A stretch of 64,000 bases of DNA from an uncultured delta proteobacterium (GCA_963848295.1 CAWKDB010000010.1:4032001-4096000), one strand, 5' to 3'. Counted from the stretch's first letter, positions 36,856 through 47,305 are shown. Program-made: numbers and translations. The notes: generated by a model from the letters alone, not told the origin.

Positions 36856-37242
36856 TCACATGCGCTGCCACAGCACTTCGGTGCTCGCAACACGCGTTTG
36901 CGCCGCATCGTCCCAATGCACCCACACGGCGAGATTCCGTTGCGGCCGATCGGCATAGATCGTCCAGGAATCATCGTCCTCGTCGAGCTCGAGCGGATGG
37001 CCAAGCGCGCGCAGCTCGGCGATAATATCGTCTAGCTCGCGCCGGGGCTCGCGCGAGGTCAGGAGACGCGGCGCGACGATGTCGTGCAGCTTCGCAGCCA
37101 ACCGCTCTGATGCGAATGGCATCGCGCTCGGTTCCCGCCAGCGCCCGAAGAAGCTTGGCAGAAGCTCCGCGAGCCAGCTCCGCACGGTCCATCGGCGCTC
37201 GTACGAGAAGTTGTTGGCGTGGAATTCGGACGGAACCGGCAC
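36856..37242 (-). CDS. hypothetical protein
   Basis: Fills the intergenic gap; TAGATT box 7 nt upstream of GTG. Confidence 0.55.
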   Translation of the reverse strand: MPVPSEFHANNFSYERRWTVRSWLAELLPSFFGRWREPSAMPFASERLAAKLHDIVAPRLLTSREPRRELDDIIAELRALGHPLELDEDDDSWTIYADRPQRNLAVWVHWDDAAQTRVASTEVLWQRM

Positions 37243-37283
37243 GGTCGCGAATCTACAGCCGCGGATGTCACGGCGCTAGGTGG

Positions 37284-38948
37284 CTAGCGGCGCTGCGCCG
37301 CGATCAGCTTCGTGTCCTCGTCGATCGGCTCGGCCCACGGATGCTCGCGCAGGATCGCGCGCGCGCGTTGGCGCAGCTCGTCGGGTAGGGCGGCGCGCTG
37401 GGCCTGTGCGAACGCGGTCGCGAGCTCGGCGGCAGTCTGGAACCGCAAATCGCGAGACTTCGCGAGCGCGATCGCGAGCACCGCTTCGAACGCGGGCGGC
37501 ACGCTCGTGATCGCGCCGGGCCGCAGCGGCATCTGGTGCACGACCATGTAGAGCACCGACGCCATGTCGCGCCCGGTGAAAGGCGCCTGACCGGTGAGGC
37601 TGCGATAGATCACGGCACCGAGCGCGTAGACGTCGGCGCGATGATCGACCTGATCACCCTTGGCTTGCTCCGGCGCCATGTACGCGGGCGTGCCGACCAC
37701 GCCGCCATGGGTGAGCGTGCCGCTGCCTTCGCCGAGCTGAGCGACGCCGAAATCGAGCAGCTTCCAGCCGGCGTCCTCGGTGAGAAATAGATTCTGCGGC
37801 TTGATATCGCGATGCACGATGCCGGCCTCGCGCGCGAGCTCGAGCACGCCGGCGATGTGCTCGACGAGGGTCTCGAGTCGCTGCGGTGACAGCCGCGCTT
37901 TCTTGCGCAGCAGATCGTTGAGCGGTTCGCCGCGCAAGCGCTCCATCGCGAGGAACGGTACCGGATCCTCCGGCGTCGACGCCTGCAGCACGCGCACGAC
38001 ATGCGGTGACTCGAGCGAGCTCGCCGCGCGGACCTCGCGCAAGAACCGTTCGACGTAATCGCGTGCGCCGAGCAGCTCGCGCCGCAACAGCTTGACCGCG
38101 CCAGGATCGCCGGTCGTCGTGTGCGTCGCTTCGTAGACCTCGCCCATCGCGCCGCGGCCGAGCACGTTGTCGAGCGCCCACGAGCCGACGACGTGGCCTG
38201 TGAACCGGCCGGGCCCGCCGATCTTCAACGCGCGATCGAGCTCGTGGCGCAGCTCGTTGACCTGCTCGGCGCGTTGCGCCGCGAGGCGCGTCGCCTCTTG
38301 CAGCTCGCTGATCGCTTCGAGCGAGGCGCGCCGTCCGTAGCGCGCCATCAGGAACCCGAGCACGTAGCCCCACTGCAACGTGAGCTGTCCCGCGATCTGC
38401 GCGGGGATCGACGTCGAGTGCCGCACCGGATACAGCCCCGGATCGTGGATCACCCCGGCGATCACGAGCCCGGCGACGAGCCCGTGGCCGCCAGCGGCGA
38501 GCACGTAGATCGCGGTCGCCGCCGCGATGCTCTCGGTCCGGCAGAAGAAGTACAGCCCGAGCACCGTGAACAACGGCGCGGCCGAGAACTGGCCGACGTA
38601 CAGGATGCCGAGCTGACCGCACAGCACGCACCACAACGCGAGCGCGGACAACTTGCGCGAGTCGAATCGATTCGGGTCGCGCAACTCGGCGTAGAGCCAG
38701 ACGCTCGCGAGCATGCCGATGCCGACGAGCGATAGCAGGACCGCCGCGATCCGGCGATCGCCGGGGATCGCGAGCGCGAGCACGAACACGCCGATGCCGA
38801 GGCCCCAGCCCATGCGCAGGAAAGCGCGCGTACGCTCGACCTCTTCAGTGCGCAGTGCATCGGTCGCGGTCGTCAGCGTCGTGCGCAGGTAGTGCGAGCC
38901 ACCCGCGGTCTGGCCCGGCTCGGTCGAGCCTGATTGGGTCGGGCTCAC
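37284..38948 (-). CDS. Ser/Thr kinase with N-terminal multi-TM domain
   Basis: GTG 38948 overlaps the upstream stop; about 6 TM; LGRGAMGEVY, AVK, HRDIKPQN, DFG, GTPAYMAPEQ. Confidence 0.88.
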   Translation of the reverse strand: MSPTQSGSTEPGQTAGGSHYLRTTLTTATDALRTEEVERTRAFLRMGWGLGIGVFVLALAIPGDRRIAAVLLSLVGIGMLASVWLYAELRDPNRFDSRKLSALALWCVLCGQLGILYVGQFSAAPLFTVLGLYFFCRTESIAAATAIYVLAAGGHGLVAGLVIAGVIHDPGLYPVRHSTSIPAQIAGQLTLQWGYVLGFLMARYGRRASLEAISELQEATRLAAQRAEQVNELRHELDRALKIGGPGRFTGHVVGSWALDNVLGRGAMGEVYEATHTTTGDPGAVKLLRRELLGARDYVERFLREVRAASSLESPHVVRVLQASTPEDPVPFLAMERLRGEPLNDLLRKKARLSPQRLETLVEHIAGVLELAREAGIVHRDIKPQNLFLTEDAGWKLLDFGVAQLGEGSGTLTHGGVVGTPAYMAPEQAKGDQVDHRADVYALGAVIYRSLTGQAPFTGRDMASVLYMVVHQMPLRPGAITSVPPAFEAVLAIALAKSRDLRFQTAAELATAFAQAQRAALPDELRQRARAILREHPWAEPIDEDTKLIAAQRR

Positions 38949-40693
38949 GCGACCGCCTCCCACGGGTGCTTCGCGATCAACGCGTCGGCGCGCTTGCGCA
39001 GCTTTCCGTCGAGCTCGCCGGCGAGGGCGTGCGCGAACGCATCGGCGAGCGCGTGCCCGGTAGCCGAATCGATCGTCGGCGGACTTCGCGAGCGCGAGTG
39101 CGACCCAGCGATCGACATCCGCGCCGATCGGACCGAGCGCACCCGGGCGCGCTGGCATGCGGTGGACCACCGCATAGAGCAGCGCGGGCGTATCCGGCGC
39201 GGTGAACGGATGGCGCCCGGTCAGGCAGCGATACACGACCGCCGCGATCGCGTAGAGGTCGGCGCGCGCGTCGACCCGCTGGCCGCGCGCTTGCTCCGGC
39301 GCCATGTAGCTCGGCGTGCCGACGATCCCGCCCTGAGTCAACGTCCCGGAGTCGTCGGCGAGCGTCGCCACGCCGAAGTCGAGGATCTTCCAGCACGCGC
39401 CGCCGCGCTCGTCGCGAAACAGGTTCTGCGGCTTGAGATCGCGATGGACGATGCCCGCCGCGCTCGCGGCATCGACCCCCGCGCCGACGTGCTTGCACAG
39501 CTCGAGCACCTCCTCGGTCACGAGCCGGCTGTCTTGGCGAAGTAGATCCGCGAGCGTGTGACCGGTCAGCCGCTCCATCGCGAGGTACGGGACGCCGGCA
39601 TCGGGCGCCGCGGCTTCGAGCACGCGCACGACGTACGGCGACGCGAGCGCACCACTCGCTCTCGATTCGCGCAGGAACCGCGCGACGTGCGTCGGATCCG
39701 CGAGCAGCTCGCGGCGCAGCAGCTTGACCGCGGCGGGCTCGTTCGTGGTGGTCGTGGATCGCTTCGTAGACCTCGCCCATCGCACCTCGCCCGAGCACGT
39801 TGCCGAGCTTGAACGATCCGACGGTCTGATCGGTGTGACGGCCGGGACCGCCGACCCGCAGGGCTCGCTCGAGGTCGGCGCGTAGCTCGTCCATCAACGC
39901 CTTGCGCTGCGACGCGAGGCGAGTCGCGCGTTGCAGGCTCTCGATCGAGTGGCGCGACGCCCGGCGCAGCGCCCGCGCCGTGATGTACGCGAGCACGTAC
40001 GAGCCGAGCACGGCGATCGACGCGGCGGCGAGGGTCAGGCGTGACGTCGCGACATCGGTCGCGAACACGCCCGGATCGGCGATCACGCCGGCGACGATCA
40101 GGCCCGACGCGATCGCGTAAGACGTGAGGCCGGTGGCGAGCAGATAGCGCGCGGCGCGCTCGGCTTCGCTGCGCGCGGTGAAGTGAATGCCGACCACCAT
40201 GATCGCGGGCGCGGCGGAGTACACGCCGAAGAACAGGATCGCGACGTGCGCGTTGATGATCGCGAGCACGCCGAGCACGAGCAGCGCGCCCCTCGCCGTA
40301 GCGCGCCGGATCGGCGAACCGGCGCCAGAAGTAGAAGCTCATCACGATGCCCCACACCATCGCGGCGATGAACGCGATCGTCATCGCGCGCGGCGCCTCG
40401 ACGAACGGCACCGCACCCATCGCGCCGAGGCTCGCGAGCCAGCCGAGCGAGATGAACTGGCGAGTGCGCCGGACCTCGTCCTCGAGCAACGCGTCCGCCA
40501 TCGTCGTCAGCGACATCGACGAGCCGCGGGTCGCGCCGCTGACCTGCGCGGCCGATCGCTTGACCCGCTCGATCGGGCTGCGGGGCGGCGCCGGCGCGGG
40601 GTTCACCAGCCCGGGTCGATCGCCGACCGTCTCCCGGCTCTCGGTGGCGGCACGCGCAGGCCGGCCGTCATCGGTCGGAACGCGATCTGCCAT
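38945..40693 (-). pseudogene. paralogous multi-TM Ser/Thr kinase broken by three +1 frameshifts (pseudogene or sequencing error)
   Basis: Pieces in ORFs 39566..40693, 38977..40278, 37284..39785 and 38945..39175 join into one gene collinear with its neighbour. Confidence 0.8.
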
Positions 40694-40779
40694 CGCTACG
40701 ATTGTATCGCGAAGCTTGGAGACGCCATCACGGGCCGACGCGGATCAGAGGGTACCTCGTCCCGGCCACCAGCCGAAAG

Positions 40780-41157
40780 TTAACACGCCTCGCCGTAACA
40801 CGCCGCTCCGCGAATCACGCGCCCGGAATCGTCGAGGGATAGCACTTCGGTGACCAAGCGCCGCGCGACGCTCCGGTAGTGGATGACGATCGAGCGAACG
40901 CCGGCATAGACGCCGAGTAACTCGAACCGGATCGGCGGCTGCATCCCGAGCGCCGGTCCCCAGTACGCGCGAATCGCCGCCTTGCCGCGCAACACGCCGC
41001 TCGGCTCGTTCATCCGCTCGATGATCACCGGCGACGCCATCTCGAAGTCATCGCTGTAGTGCGCGAGGATGCGCTCGAGATCGTGCGAGTTCCACGCGGC
41101 GACCCATTCGTCTGCGAACGCGCGCGCGGTGGCCATCGGGATGACAACGGACGACAT
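40780..41157 (-). CDS. SnoaL/NTF2-like protein
   Basis: WVAAWNSHDLERILAHYSDD, GKAAIRAYW. Confidence 0.85.
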   Translation of the reverse strand: MSSVVIPMATARAFADEWVAAWNSHDLERILAHYSDDFEMASPVIIERMNEPSGVLRGKAAIRAYWGPALGMQPPIRFELLGVYAGVRSIVIHYRSVARRLVTEVLSLDDSGRVIRGAACYGEAC

Positions 41158-41178
41158 CCCCGAGTCGTAGCGCGAATC

Positions 41179-41688
41179 TCAGTCGTTCTGCGCGCCTTGC
41201 GCGATCCAGCGCCGCACGATGTCGCGCGTGGTGACCGCGAGCGTGACCGCCGAATCCGACGGCATCGAGTGCATGCAGTCGCCGCCGGTGCACGCTTGCT
41301 CGAACATGCACTGATCGCCGTCGAGCTTGTGCATCAGATAGCTCATCGACGGATCGCCCGGGGTCACGAAGTTCATCGAGTGCAGCTCGCCGCTCGAGAT
41401 CGAGACGATCGAGGCGAACACCGTGCCCGAGTCCGACCCATTCGCGGTCGACGCGCCGAGGAACACGCTGCCGGTCGGGTTGTCCTGCGAACCGTGACAC
41501 GCGCTCGTCCCGCAGTTGTCGTTGAACACCTTCATCACGTCGGCTTGGAACGACACCGTCGGCGCCATCAAGTCGGTCGACGTCGGCACCGCGTACTCGA
41601 CGCACGGCCCGGCATCCGGAGTCCACACCGGCGGATCGGTGCCGCACGCGCCGGTGATCAGCGCGAGCGCGAGCGCGGGCCGAAGCAT
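41179..41688 (-). CDS. lipoprotein with atypical heme c motif (CX4CH)
   Basis: ITGAC lipobox; CGTSACH; VTPGDPSMSYLMHKL; MP; RRWIAQGA. Confidence 0.7.
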   Translation of the reverse strand: MLRPALALALITGACGTDPPVWTPDAGPCVEYAVPTSTDLMAPTVSFQADVMKVFNDNCGTSACHGSQDNPTGSVFLGASTANGSDSGTVFASIVSISSGELHSMNFVTPGDPSMSYLMHKLDGDQCMFEQACTGGDCMHSMPSDSAVTLAVTTRDIVRRWIAQGAQND

Positions 41689-43025
41689 CAGGCGATGGCC
41701 CCAGAGACGACCTTGCCGAACGCGATCGCCGACTCGATGAAACCGTCGTCGATGCCGACTGCGCCGAGCACGGTCTTGCCGAACGACGCGAGCGTATCGA
41801 CGGGGGCGACGTCGCCCGAGCCATCGGCTTGACCGGCGCCGCTCGACGAGTTGATCGACACCGCGCCGTAGTCGCCCGTCGTGAGGGGAGCGACGCCGCC
41901 GATGATCCCGCCCTTGAACGGCTTGCCCATCGCCAGCGACACCTGGTGATTCGGGTTGTGCTGGCGACCGTCGATGTTGCCCGGGCCGATCGTCCGGCCG
42001 AATACGTTGAGCGTCACGAAAGACACCTGGTCTTGCAGGCCGACCGCCGCCAACGACGACATCAACGATGCGATCGACGCGAACCCGGTCGTGGTCTGCG
42101 CCGCTTCGCCCGCGAGGGCGGTGTCGTTATGGTTGTCGCCGCCAAACGGAATGTGGATCGCGATCACCGGCGTGACGCTCATCTGGATCAGCGCGACCGC
42201 CGCGGTGATCTGCGATGCGACGGTGTTGTCGGCGATCGACGACAGCGCCGAGAGCAGATCTTGGCGAATGCCGCGGAGCTGCTGCTGCGAGAGCACGAGC
42301 GAGTCGATATAGGCCTTCTGTGCCTTCGTCGCGCCGCCCGAGAACGCATCGTTGATCTGCGCGAGCGTCTGATCGCGCAGGCTCTGCAGATTGGTCAGGT
42401 TCATCAGCGGACCGTCGGGATTCGTCAGCGTCGCCTTGAGTGCGAGCGGAGGGATCAGCGGCTGGGGCTGGCCTTGGAACGTCAGCCCTTCACTCGGCGT
42501 GCTCGCCCCGAGCGTGATCGGTTGCTGCTGCAAGGTGCCGAGGCACGGAGCGAGCTGCTTCGACAGCAGCGACGGCAACATCTCGTTCGGCGTCGTCGTG
42601 CCGAGCAAGCCGAGCACGTCCGGCTCCTTCGGATGGACCGGCGTGTTCGTCATGATGTGCCAGACCGCCATCCGATCGAGCACGTTCTGCGGCAGCGTCG
42701 CCCACGGCAGCGCCGCGGTCGTCGCCTGACCGCCGATCGTCAGCGGCGTCTCCGGCATCAGGACCGGATCGAGGCAGTGCGCGATGTTCTTGTCGGTGTA
42801 CGTGCCCGGCGCGTTCGCGTTGAGCGGATCGCCCAAGCCCGACGTTCCGAAGATGACGTACTGCGCCTTCGACTTATCGCCGCACGTCGGGACCGTGCCA
42901 TCGGCGAACGCCCGGCGGCCTCTCAGCAACACCGAGGCGGGGATGCCGGTGACGAGCGCGCGCAGGCCGATGTAGCTCGCACCGAACAGCGCCGACGACA
43001 ACATAGATCTACGGTTGATCTTCAT
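41688..43025 (-). CDS. Tat-exported DUF1501-like protein
   Basis: NRRSML twin-Arg; GGDNH; VFGRT; GRQH; FKGGIIGG. Confidence 0.7.
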   Translation of the reverse strand: MKINRRSMLSSALFGASYIGLRALVTGIPASVLLRGRRAFADGTVPTCGDKSKAQYVIFGTSGLGDPLNANAPGTYTDKNIAHCLDPVLMPETPLTIGGQATTAALPWATLPQNVLDRMAVWHIMTNTPVHPKEPDVLGLLGTTTPNEMLPSLLSKQLAPCLGTLQQQPITLGASTPSEGLTFQGQPQPLIPPLALKATLTNPDGPLMNLTNLQSLRDQTLAQINDAFSGGATKAQKAYIDSLVLSQQQLRGIRQDLLSALSSIADNTVASQITAAVALIQMSVTPVIAIHIPFGGDNHNDTALAGEAAQTTTGFASIASLMSSLAAVGLQDQVSFVTLNVFGRTIGPGNIDGRQHNPNHQVSLAMGKPFKGGIIGGVAPLTTGDYGAVSINSSSGAGQADGSGDVAPVDTLASFGKTVLGAVGIDDGFIESAIAFGKVVSGAIA

Positions 43026-43034
43026 GGCGGCTCC

Positions 43035-45050
43035 TTACATCCCGATCCCGATAAAGGACGGCGACAGACACGCGGCGACGAACGTCGAACGCAGCGCATC
43101 GGTGGCGCTGTAGCCCTGCTGCGTCGCGGTGGTGAAGTGATCTGTGAGCGCCGTGTTGACGAGCGCGGCGCGCGGGTCCGACGAGGTCAGACCATCGACG
43201 ATCGAGACGAAGTCGTTGATCGCGGCCGCTGGTTGGCTGCTCGACCACTGCTTGGCGCCCGGTTGACCAGGCGTCGGTACGCCATCGACGACCATCTGCG
43301 CGATCTGCACGCAGATGTTCTCGGCACCGCCGCGGTAGAACAGCGTCGGTTGGTTCGGCAGCACCGGGATCGTGGCGCCTCGGCCGTAGCCGTCCGACGG
43401 CATGCCGCTCACGATCTGGGCGATCGTCGAGAGCCCAGCGGTCTGATCATCCTCGTCGAGCTGACAGATGTCGACGAACCCTAGCCGGTTGTCGAGCGCG
43501 GCGCACAGATGATCGCGGCGGGTCACGGCGATGACTTCGCCGTTCGTCGCGTTGGTCTTGGTCGCCGACGCGTTCGTCGTGATCGGTGACGCCAGCAGCT
43601 CGGCGATCAGCGGACTCCATTCGAAGCCGTTGGCGAAGTCGGCGACGATCTGCTGGAACACCGGATCGGTCGGATCGCACGGCGCCGAGTTGACGTAGTA
43701 GCAAAGCTTCTCCGCCCACGCCGAAGCGACCAGCGGGTGCGACGCGAGGATGTTCGCGAAGTCATCGATCGTCGACATCGGTGCGATCACACCCTGGAAC
43801 GCGAACAGGCCGGGCTGCGCCTCGAGCGTCGGATCGGTCTGGGGCACGTAGAACCACGAGTACGTGCTCGACAGGATCGAGCGCGTCGGGTCGAGCAGTT
43901 GATGGCAGCTGAAGCAGGCCGAGCCGGGCGCGGCGTGCTGCATGTCGAGGCCGGGCGTCGAGCTCGGCGTCGTGCCGTCGGTGCCGTCGATCGCCATGCC
44001 GGTCGCCACGATCAGGGTCTGGTTCGTGGTGACGCGCATCTGGTTGCTCGAGTTCGTCGGCCAGTTCGCTTGGAACGCCGGCGTGCCGAAGAAGCCGGGA
44101 TGCGGCGTGCCGAGCACGAGCTCGCTCGTCGTGCGCAGCGTCGGGAGATCGTAGAAGCTCGTCGTCGACTCGCCGGCGTTCGGCGGTCGCACCGTGATCA
44201 GCTGCCATGTCGTGTAGTCGGACGGCGAGAGCTGCCAGCCGGTGCCGTCACCGTTCTTGATCCCGCAGTTGTTCGTCGTGCTCCCCGGACCCTCATGCGC
44301 CGGGATCACGCCGTACATGATGTCCCACAGGTTGTTCGAGTTCGCGTTGACCGAGACCGGGTCTTGGCCGTTGCACGTCGTGTCCGGGTACTTCAGCTTC
44401 GGTAGCTCGGGGTTGTAGAAGTGCATGTAGTGGACGGGGTCGTTCGGATCGAGGCTCTCCGCGATCGGGATCGGACCGGCCGATGCCTCGAGCGTGATCA
44501 TCAGCTTCGGGTTCTGCTTCGCGAACGAGTCGGTGACCTTCGCGTTGTCATCGGCGCGATGCGTATCGAGGTACGCGTAGAGCTGCATCAGCGCCGGCGT
44601 CATCATCACTTGCTTGGTCGTGAACGCGTTCGTCAGCGGCTGACCGCCGTTCGTGATCCCGAGCACCGTGCGCGCGAAGCTCTCGCGGACGTTCTGGACG
44701 AGCAGCGGGAGCTGCGTGCCTTTGCCGATGCCGTTTGGCGGTGAGATATCGACGAAGTCGCCGACGCCGATCTGCGTCTGTTGAAACGCGAGCTCGAAGA
44801 ACACCATCATCTTCTGCTGGTATTCGGGGAGCGCCATCCAGCCTTGGATCAAGCCGGTGAGCGCGGTCGGGTCCGCCGTCACCGCCGCGACCTCCGCGTC
44901 GGTCGGCGCGAGCCCGACGAGGATGTTCTTGACCTTCGCGACGTACACCGACGGCGGGTCCGGCACGAACGGCGGAGTCGTGTCGTAGGTCGGTCCTGCG
45001 CAACCGGCGAGCGACGCGCAAACAGCGAGGGTCAAGGTAGGGCCTCTCAT
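43035..45050 (-). CDS. large lipoprotein with CxxCH (DUF1549/1553/1588-like partner of DUF1501)
   Basis: LAGC lipobox; KVKNILVGLAPT; WPTNSSNQMR; CFSCHQLLDP. Confidence 0.65.
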   Translation of the reverse strand: MRGPTLTLAVCASLAGCAGPTYDTTPPFVPDPPSVYVAKVKNILVGLAPTDAEVAAVTADPTALTGLIQGWMALPEYQQKMMVFFELAFQQTQIGVGDFVDISPPNGIGKGTQLPLLVQNVRESFARTVLGITNGGQPLTNAFTTKQVMMTPALMQLYAYLDTHRADDNAKVTDSFAKQNPKLMITLEASAGPIPIAESLDPNDPVHYMHFYNPELPKLKYPDTTCNGQDPVSVNANSNNLWDIMYGVIPAHEGPGSTTNNCGIKNGDGTGWQLSPSDYTTWQLITVRPPNAGESTTSFYDLPTLRTTSELVLGTPHPGFFGTPAFQANWPTNSSNQMRVTTNQTLIVATGMAIDGTDGTTPSSTPGLDMQHAAPGSACFSCHQLLDPTRSILSSTYSWFYVPQTDPTLEAQPGLFAFQGVIAPMSTIDDFANILASHPLVASAWAEKLCYYVNSAPCDPTDPVFQQIVADFANGFEWSPLIAELLASPITTNASATKTNATNGEVIAVTRRDHLCAALDNRLGFVDICQLDEDDQTAGLSTIAQIVSGMPSDGYGRGATIPVLPNQPTLFYRGGAENICVQIAQMVVDGVPTPGQPGAKQWSSSQPAAAINDFVSIVDGLTSSDPRAALVNTALTDHFTTATQQGYSATDALRSTFVAACLSPSFIGIGM

Positions 45051-45341
45051 CCGCTGCATGACCGACGTGCGCGCTTGTCGGTTAAAAGAATCTTTAGGGG
45101 TCGATCGCGTAGCTCGCATGATCGGTGCAGTCGCAAGCATCGTGCCTGCGAGATCGACCGCGCTTACCCCGTCGCAGGTACCTCGTGTTCCCGGTCGTCG
45201 CGCCGGCGGCCCGATCGAGCGACGAGCGCCGAGAACTCGCGCGTCACGACGTCGATGTCCGCCGGTGCGTCATCTCACACCGACGTTCGCGTTTAACCCT
45301 TCGACGCTCTCGCGGTTCAGCGTCACCGGCTGCGGAGACCT

Positions 45342-45746
45342 ATGAAGCCCTTCCTTTGTTGCCTGCTAGCGGCGACCGCCGCGTGCGACGTCACCGACGA
45401 TCGGCCCGAGACGCTCGCGTACATCACCGAGACGATCCTGGCTCCGAGCTGCGGCACCGCCGAGTGCCACTCGTCGATGGTCAAACAGAAGGGCTATGCG
45501 TTCGACAGCGTCGAGAATGCCCAGGACGCGATCGCGAGCCTGCCGCTCATCGATGTGTGCGCCACGCCACCGTGCGCCGGCGCAGACGCCAATTCCTACT
45601 TGCTGACCGTGATCACGACGAAGGATGTCGAGGGCGATCGCATGCCGCTCGACGAGCCGCTCGCGAACAAGGACATCGTCCTGATCGCGAATTGGATCAC
45701 GGATGGCGCCGAGGGCTACACGCCGCCTTCGCCGGGACAGAACTAA
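45342..45746 (+). CDS. small lipoprotein with CX4CH heme-like motif
   Basis: TAAC lipobox; CGTAECH; RMP; NWITDGA. Confidence 0.7.
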   Translation: MKPFLCCLLAATAACDVTDDRPETLAYITETILAPSCGTAECHSSMVKQKGYAFDSVENAQDAIASLPLIDVCATPPCAGADANSYLLTVITTKDVEGDRMPLDEPLANKDIVLIANWITDGAEGYTPPSPGQN

Positions 45747-46864
45747 TGAGCCGTTTCACGCCGGCACTGGCTCTTGTAGGCGCGCTCGTCGCCGCTCAGG
45801 CGGGGACGGCGCGCGCGTATCCGCAGTTCCAGCTCAGCAAGGACCAGACCTGCACGTCGTGCCACGTCAACCCGGCCGGCGGCGAGCTGCTCGACGAGAA
45901 CGGCTTCGCGACCGCCGACACGATGTCGCAATGGGGAACCGCACCCGAGTTCTTCTACAACAAGATCCCGACGCCGAGCTGGCTCGAGCTCGGTGGTGAC
46001 CTGCGCGGCGCCGGCGGTTTCGATTCGGGCCCACCGCGCACCGCCGTCGTGTTTCCGATGCAGGCCGAGATCTACGCGAACGCGACGTACGAGTCGCTGT
46101 CACTGCATGTCACGGCCGGCCTCCGCGATCCGCAGTACGACAACACCACCGCGACGTTGTTCGCGTCGCGCGAGCACTGGCTGGAGTGGCGACAGCATCC
46201 GGGTCGCGACGACGGGCTCTACGTTCGCGTCGGCCGGTTCATGCCGGTGTTCGGCCTGCGCTTCGCCGAGCACCCGGACTACGACCGGCGATACGGCGGC
46301 ACGCCGCTCTACGGTGAAGCGTACGGCGCCGCGGTCGAGTACGTCGATCCGAGCTGGGAAGTCCACGCGACCGGGTTCATCCACGATCCGCTGTTTCCCG
46401 ATTCGGTCGAACGCGGCAATGGCGCGACGCTGTACGCCGAGGCGCGGCTGACCCAGACGACGTCGCTCGGCATCGAGGGCAAGCTCGACGTCACGTCCGA
46501 CGATCGCAAGGAATACGGCGGCGTGACCGCGAAGCACTACTTCGCATCGCCGAAGATCCTGCTCGAAGGCGAGGTCGAGGTCGTGCATCAGAAGATCGAC
46601 ATCGGCGGCACCGATAACCAGCTCGTCGGTTACTTGCTCGGCTCGTACTTCATCGGCTCGTTCATGGTCGATCTCGGCCTCGGCGCGTACGAGCCCGACG
46701 TCAAGGTCCGCTACCTCGACATGGAGGCCGCGGATCTCAACGTCCACTGGTTCATGACGTCCCACGTCGAGCTGATCCTGACGAATCGCTTGCAGATGCT
46801 CGAGCTCGGCGAGGGCGGCAACAGCTCGGGCTACTCGCTGCTGCAGTTCCACTATCGGCTGTGA
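45746..46864 (+). CDS. probable outer-membrane beta-barrel with N-terminal CxxCH
   Basis: Signal peptide; YPQF...CTSCHVNPAGG; VGRFMPVFG; amphipathic strands ending QFHYRL. Confidence 0.7.
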   Translation: MSRFTPALALVGALVAAQAGTARAYPQFQLSKDQTCTSCHVNPAGGELLDENGFATADTMSQWGTAPEFFYNKIPTPSWLELGGDLRGAGGFDSGPPRTAVVFPMQAEIYANATYESLSLHVTAGLRDPQYDNTTATLFASREHWLEWRQHPGRDDGLYVRVGRFMPVFGLRFAEHPDYDRRYGGTPLYGEAYGAAVEYVDPSWEVHATGFIHDPLFPDSVERGNGATLYAEARLTQTTSLGIEGKLDVTSDDRKEYGGVTAKHYFASPKILLEGEVEVVHQKIDIGGTDNQLVGYLLGSYFIGSFMVDLGLGAYEPDVKVRYLDMEAADLNVHWFMTSHVELILTNRLQMLELGEGGNSSGYSLLQFHYRL

Positions 46865-46894
46865 CCTAGGAACCGGCCGCACCGCGACCTACGG

Positions 46895-47305
46895 CTAGCC
46901 ATCCCACGGTAAGGTCCGTGCGCGCAACGCCGCGACGCCGGCGGGGACGAGGTCGCGTTGCGCGAAGCACGTCGTGATCTCGCCCGCTACTCCGATGCAG
47001 ACCAACCCGTTCGTATCGTCGACGACGACCGACGACATCACGTCGGTGAGCGTGAACGTCGCGCGTTCGGTGGGTCCAAGCCAGTTCGGAATGCTAGCCG
47101 CCAAGAAGCATGGGCCGGTCACCGACGCGCTGCACGTGCTCTTGCCGCATGCGCGCTCGGTCTCGTACGACGCACAGCCGATGCCGATGTTGTCATCGAT
47201 CGCGAACGTGGAGTAACGCTCCGCGAGGTTGTCGGCGCTGACTGCAGGCGAACCCGAGCTGCACGCGGTCATGCTCGTCGCGATCAAGAGGACAGTCCAG
47301 CGCAT
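46895..47305 (-). CDS. hypothetical lipoprotein
   Basis: MTAC lipobox; Cys-containing. Confidence 0.5.
   Translation of the reverse strand: MRWTVLLIATSMTACSSGSPAVSADNLAERYSTFAIDDNIGIGCASYETERACGKSTCSASVTGPCFLAASIPNWLGPTERATFTLTDVMSSVVVDDTNGLVCIGVAGEITTCFAQRDLVPAGVAALRARTLPWDG

Noticed and set aside
37284..39785. 833-aa kinase-TM-kinase ORF
   Set aside because: Produced by the +1 frameshift near 39064; the upstream gene ends HPWEAVA at 38945, matching its paralogue's HPW ending.
45051..45341. Riboswitch or sRNA in the 290-nt spacer
   Set aside because: No recognisable conserved motif by eye; a covariance-model search would be needed.
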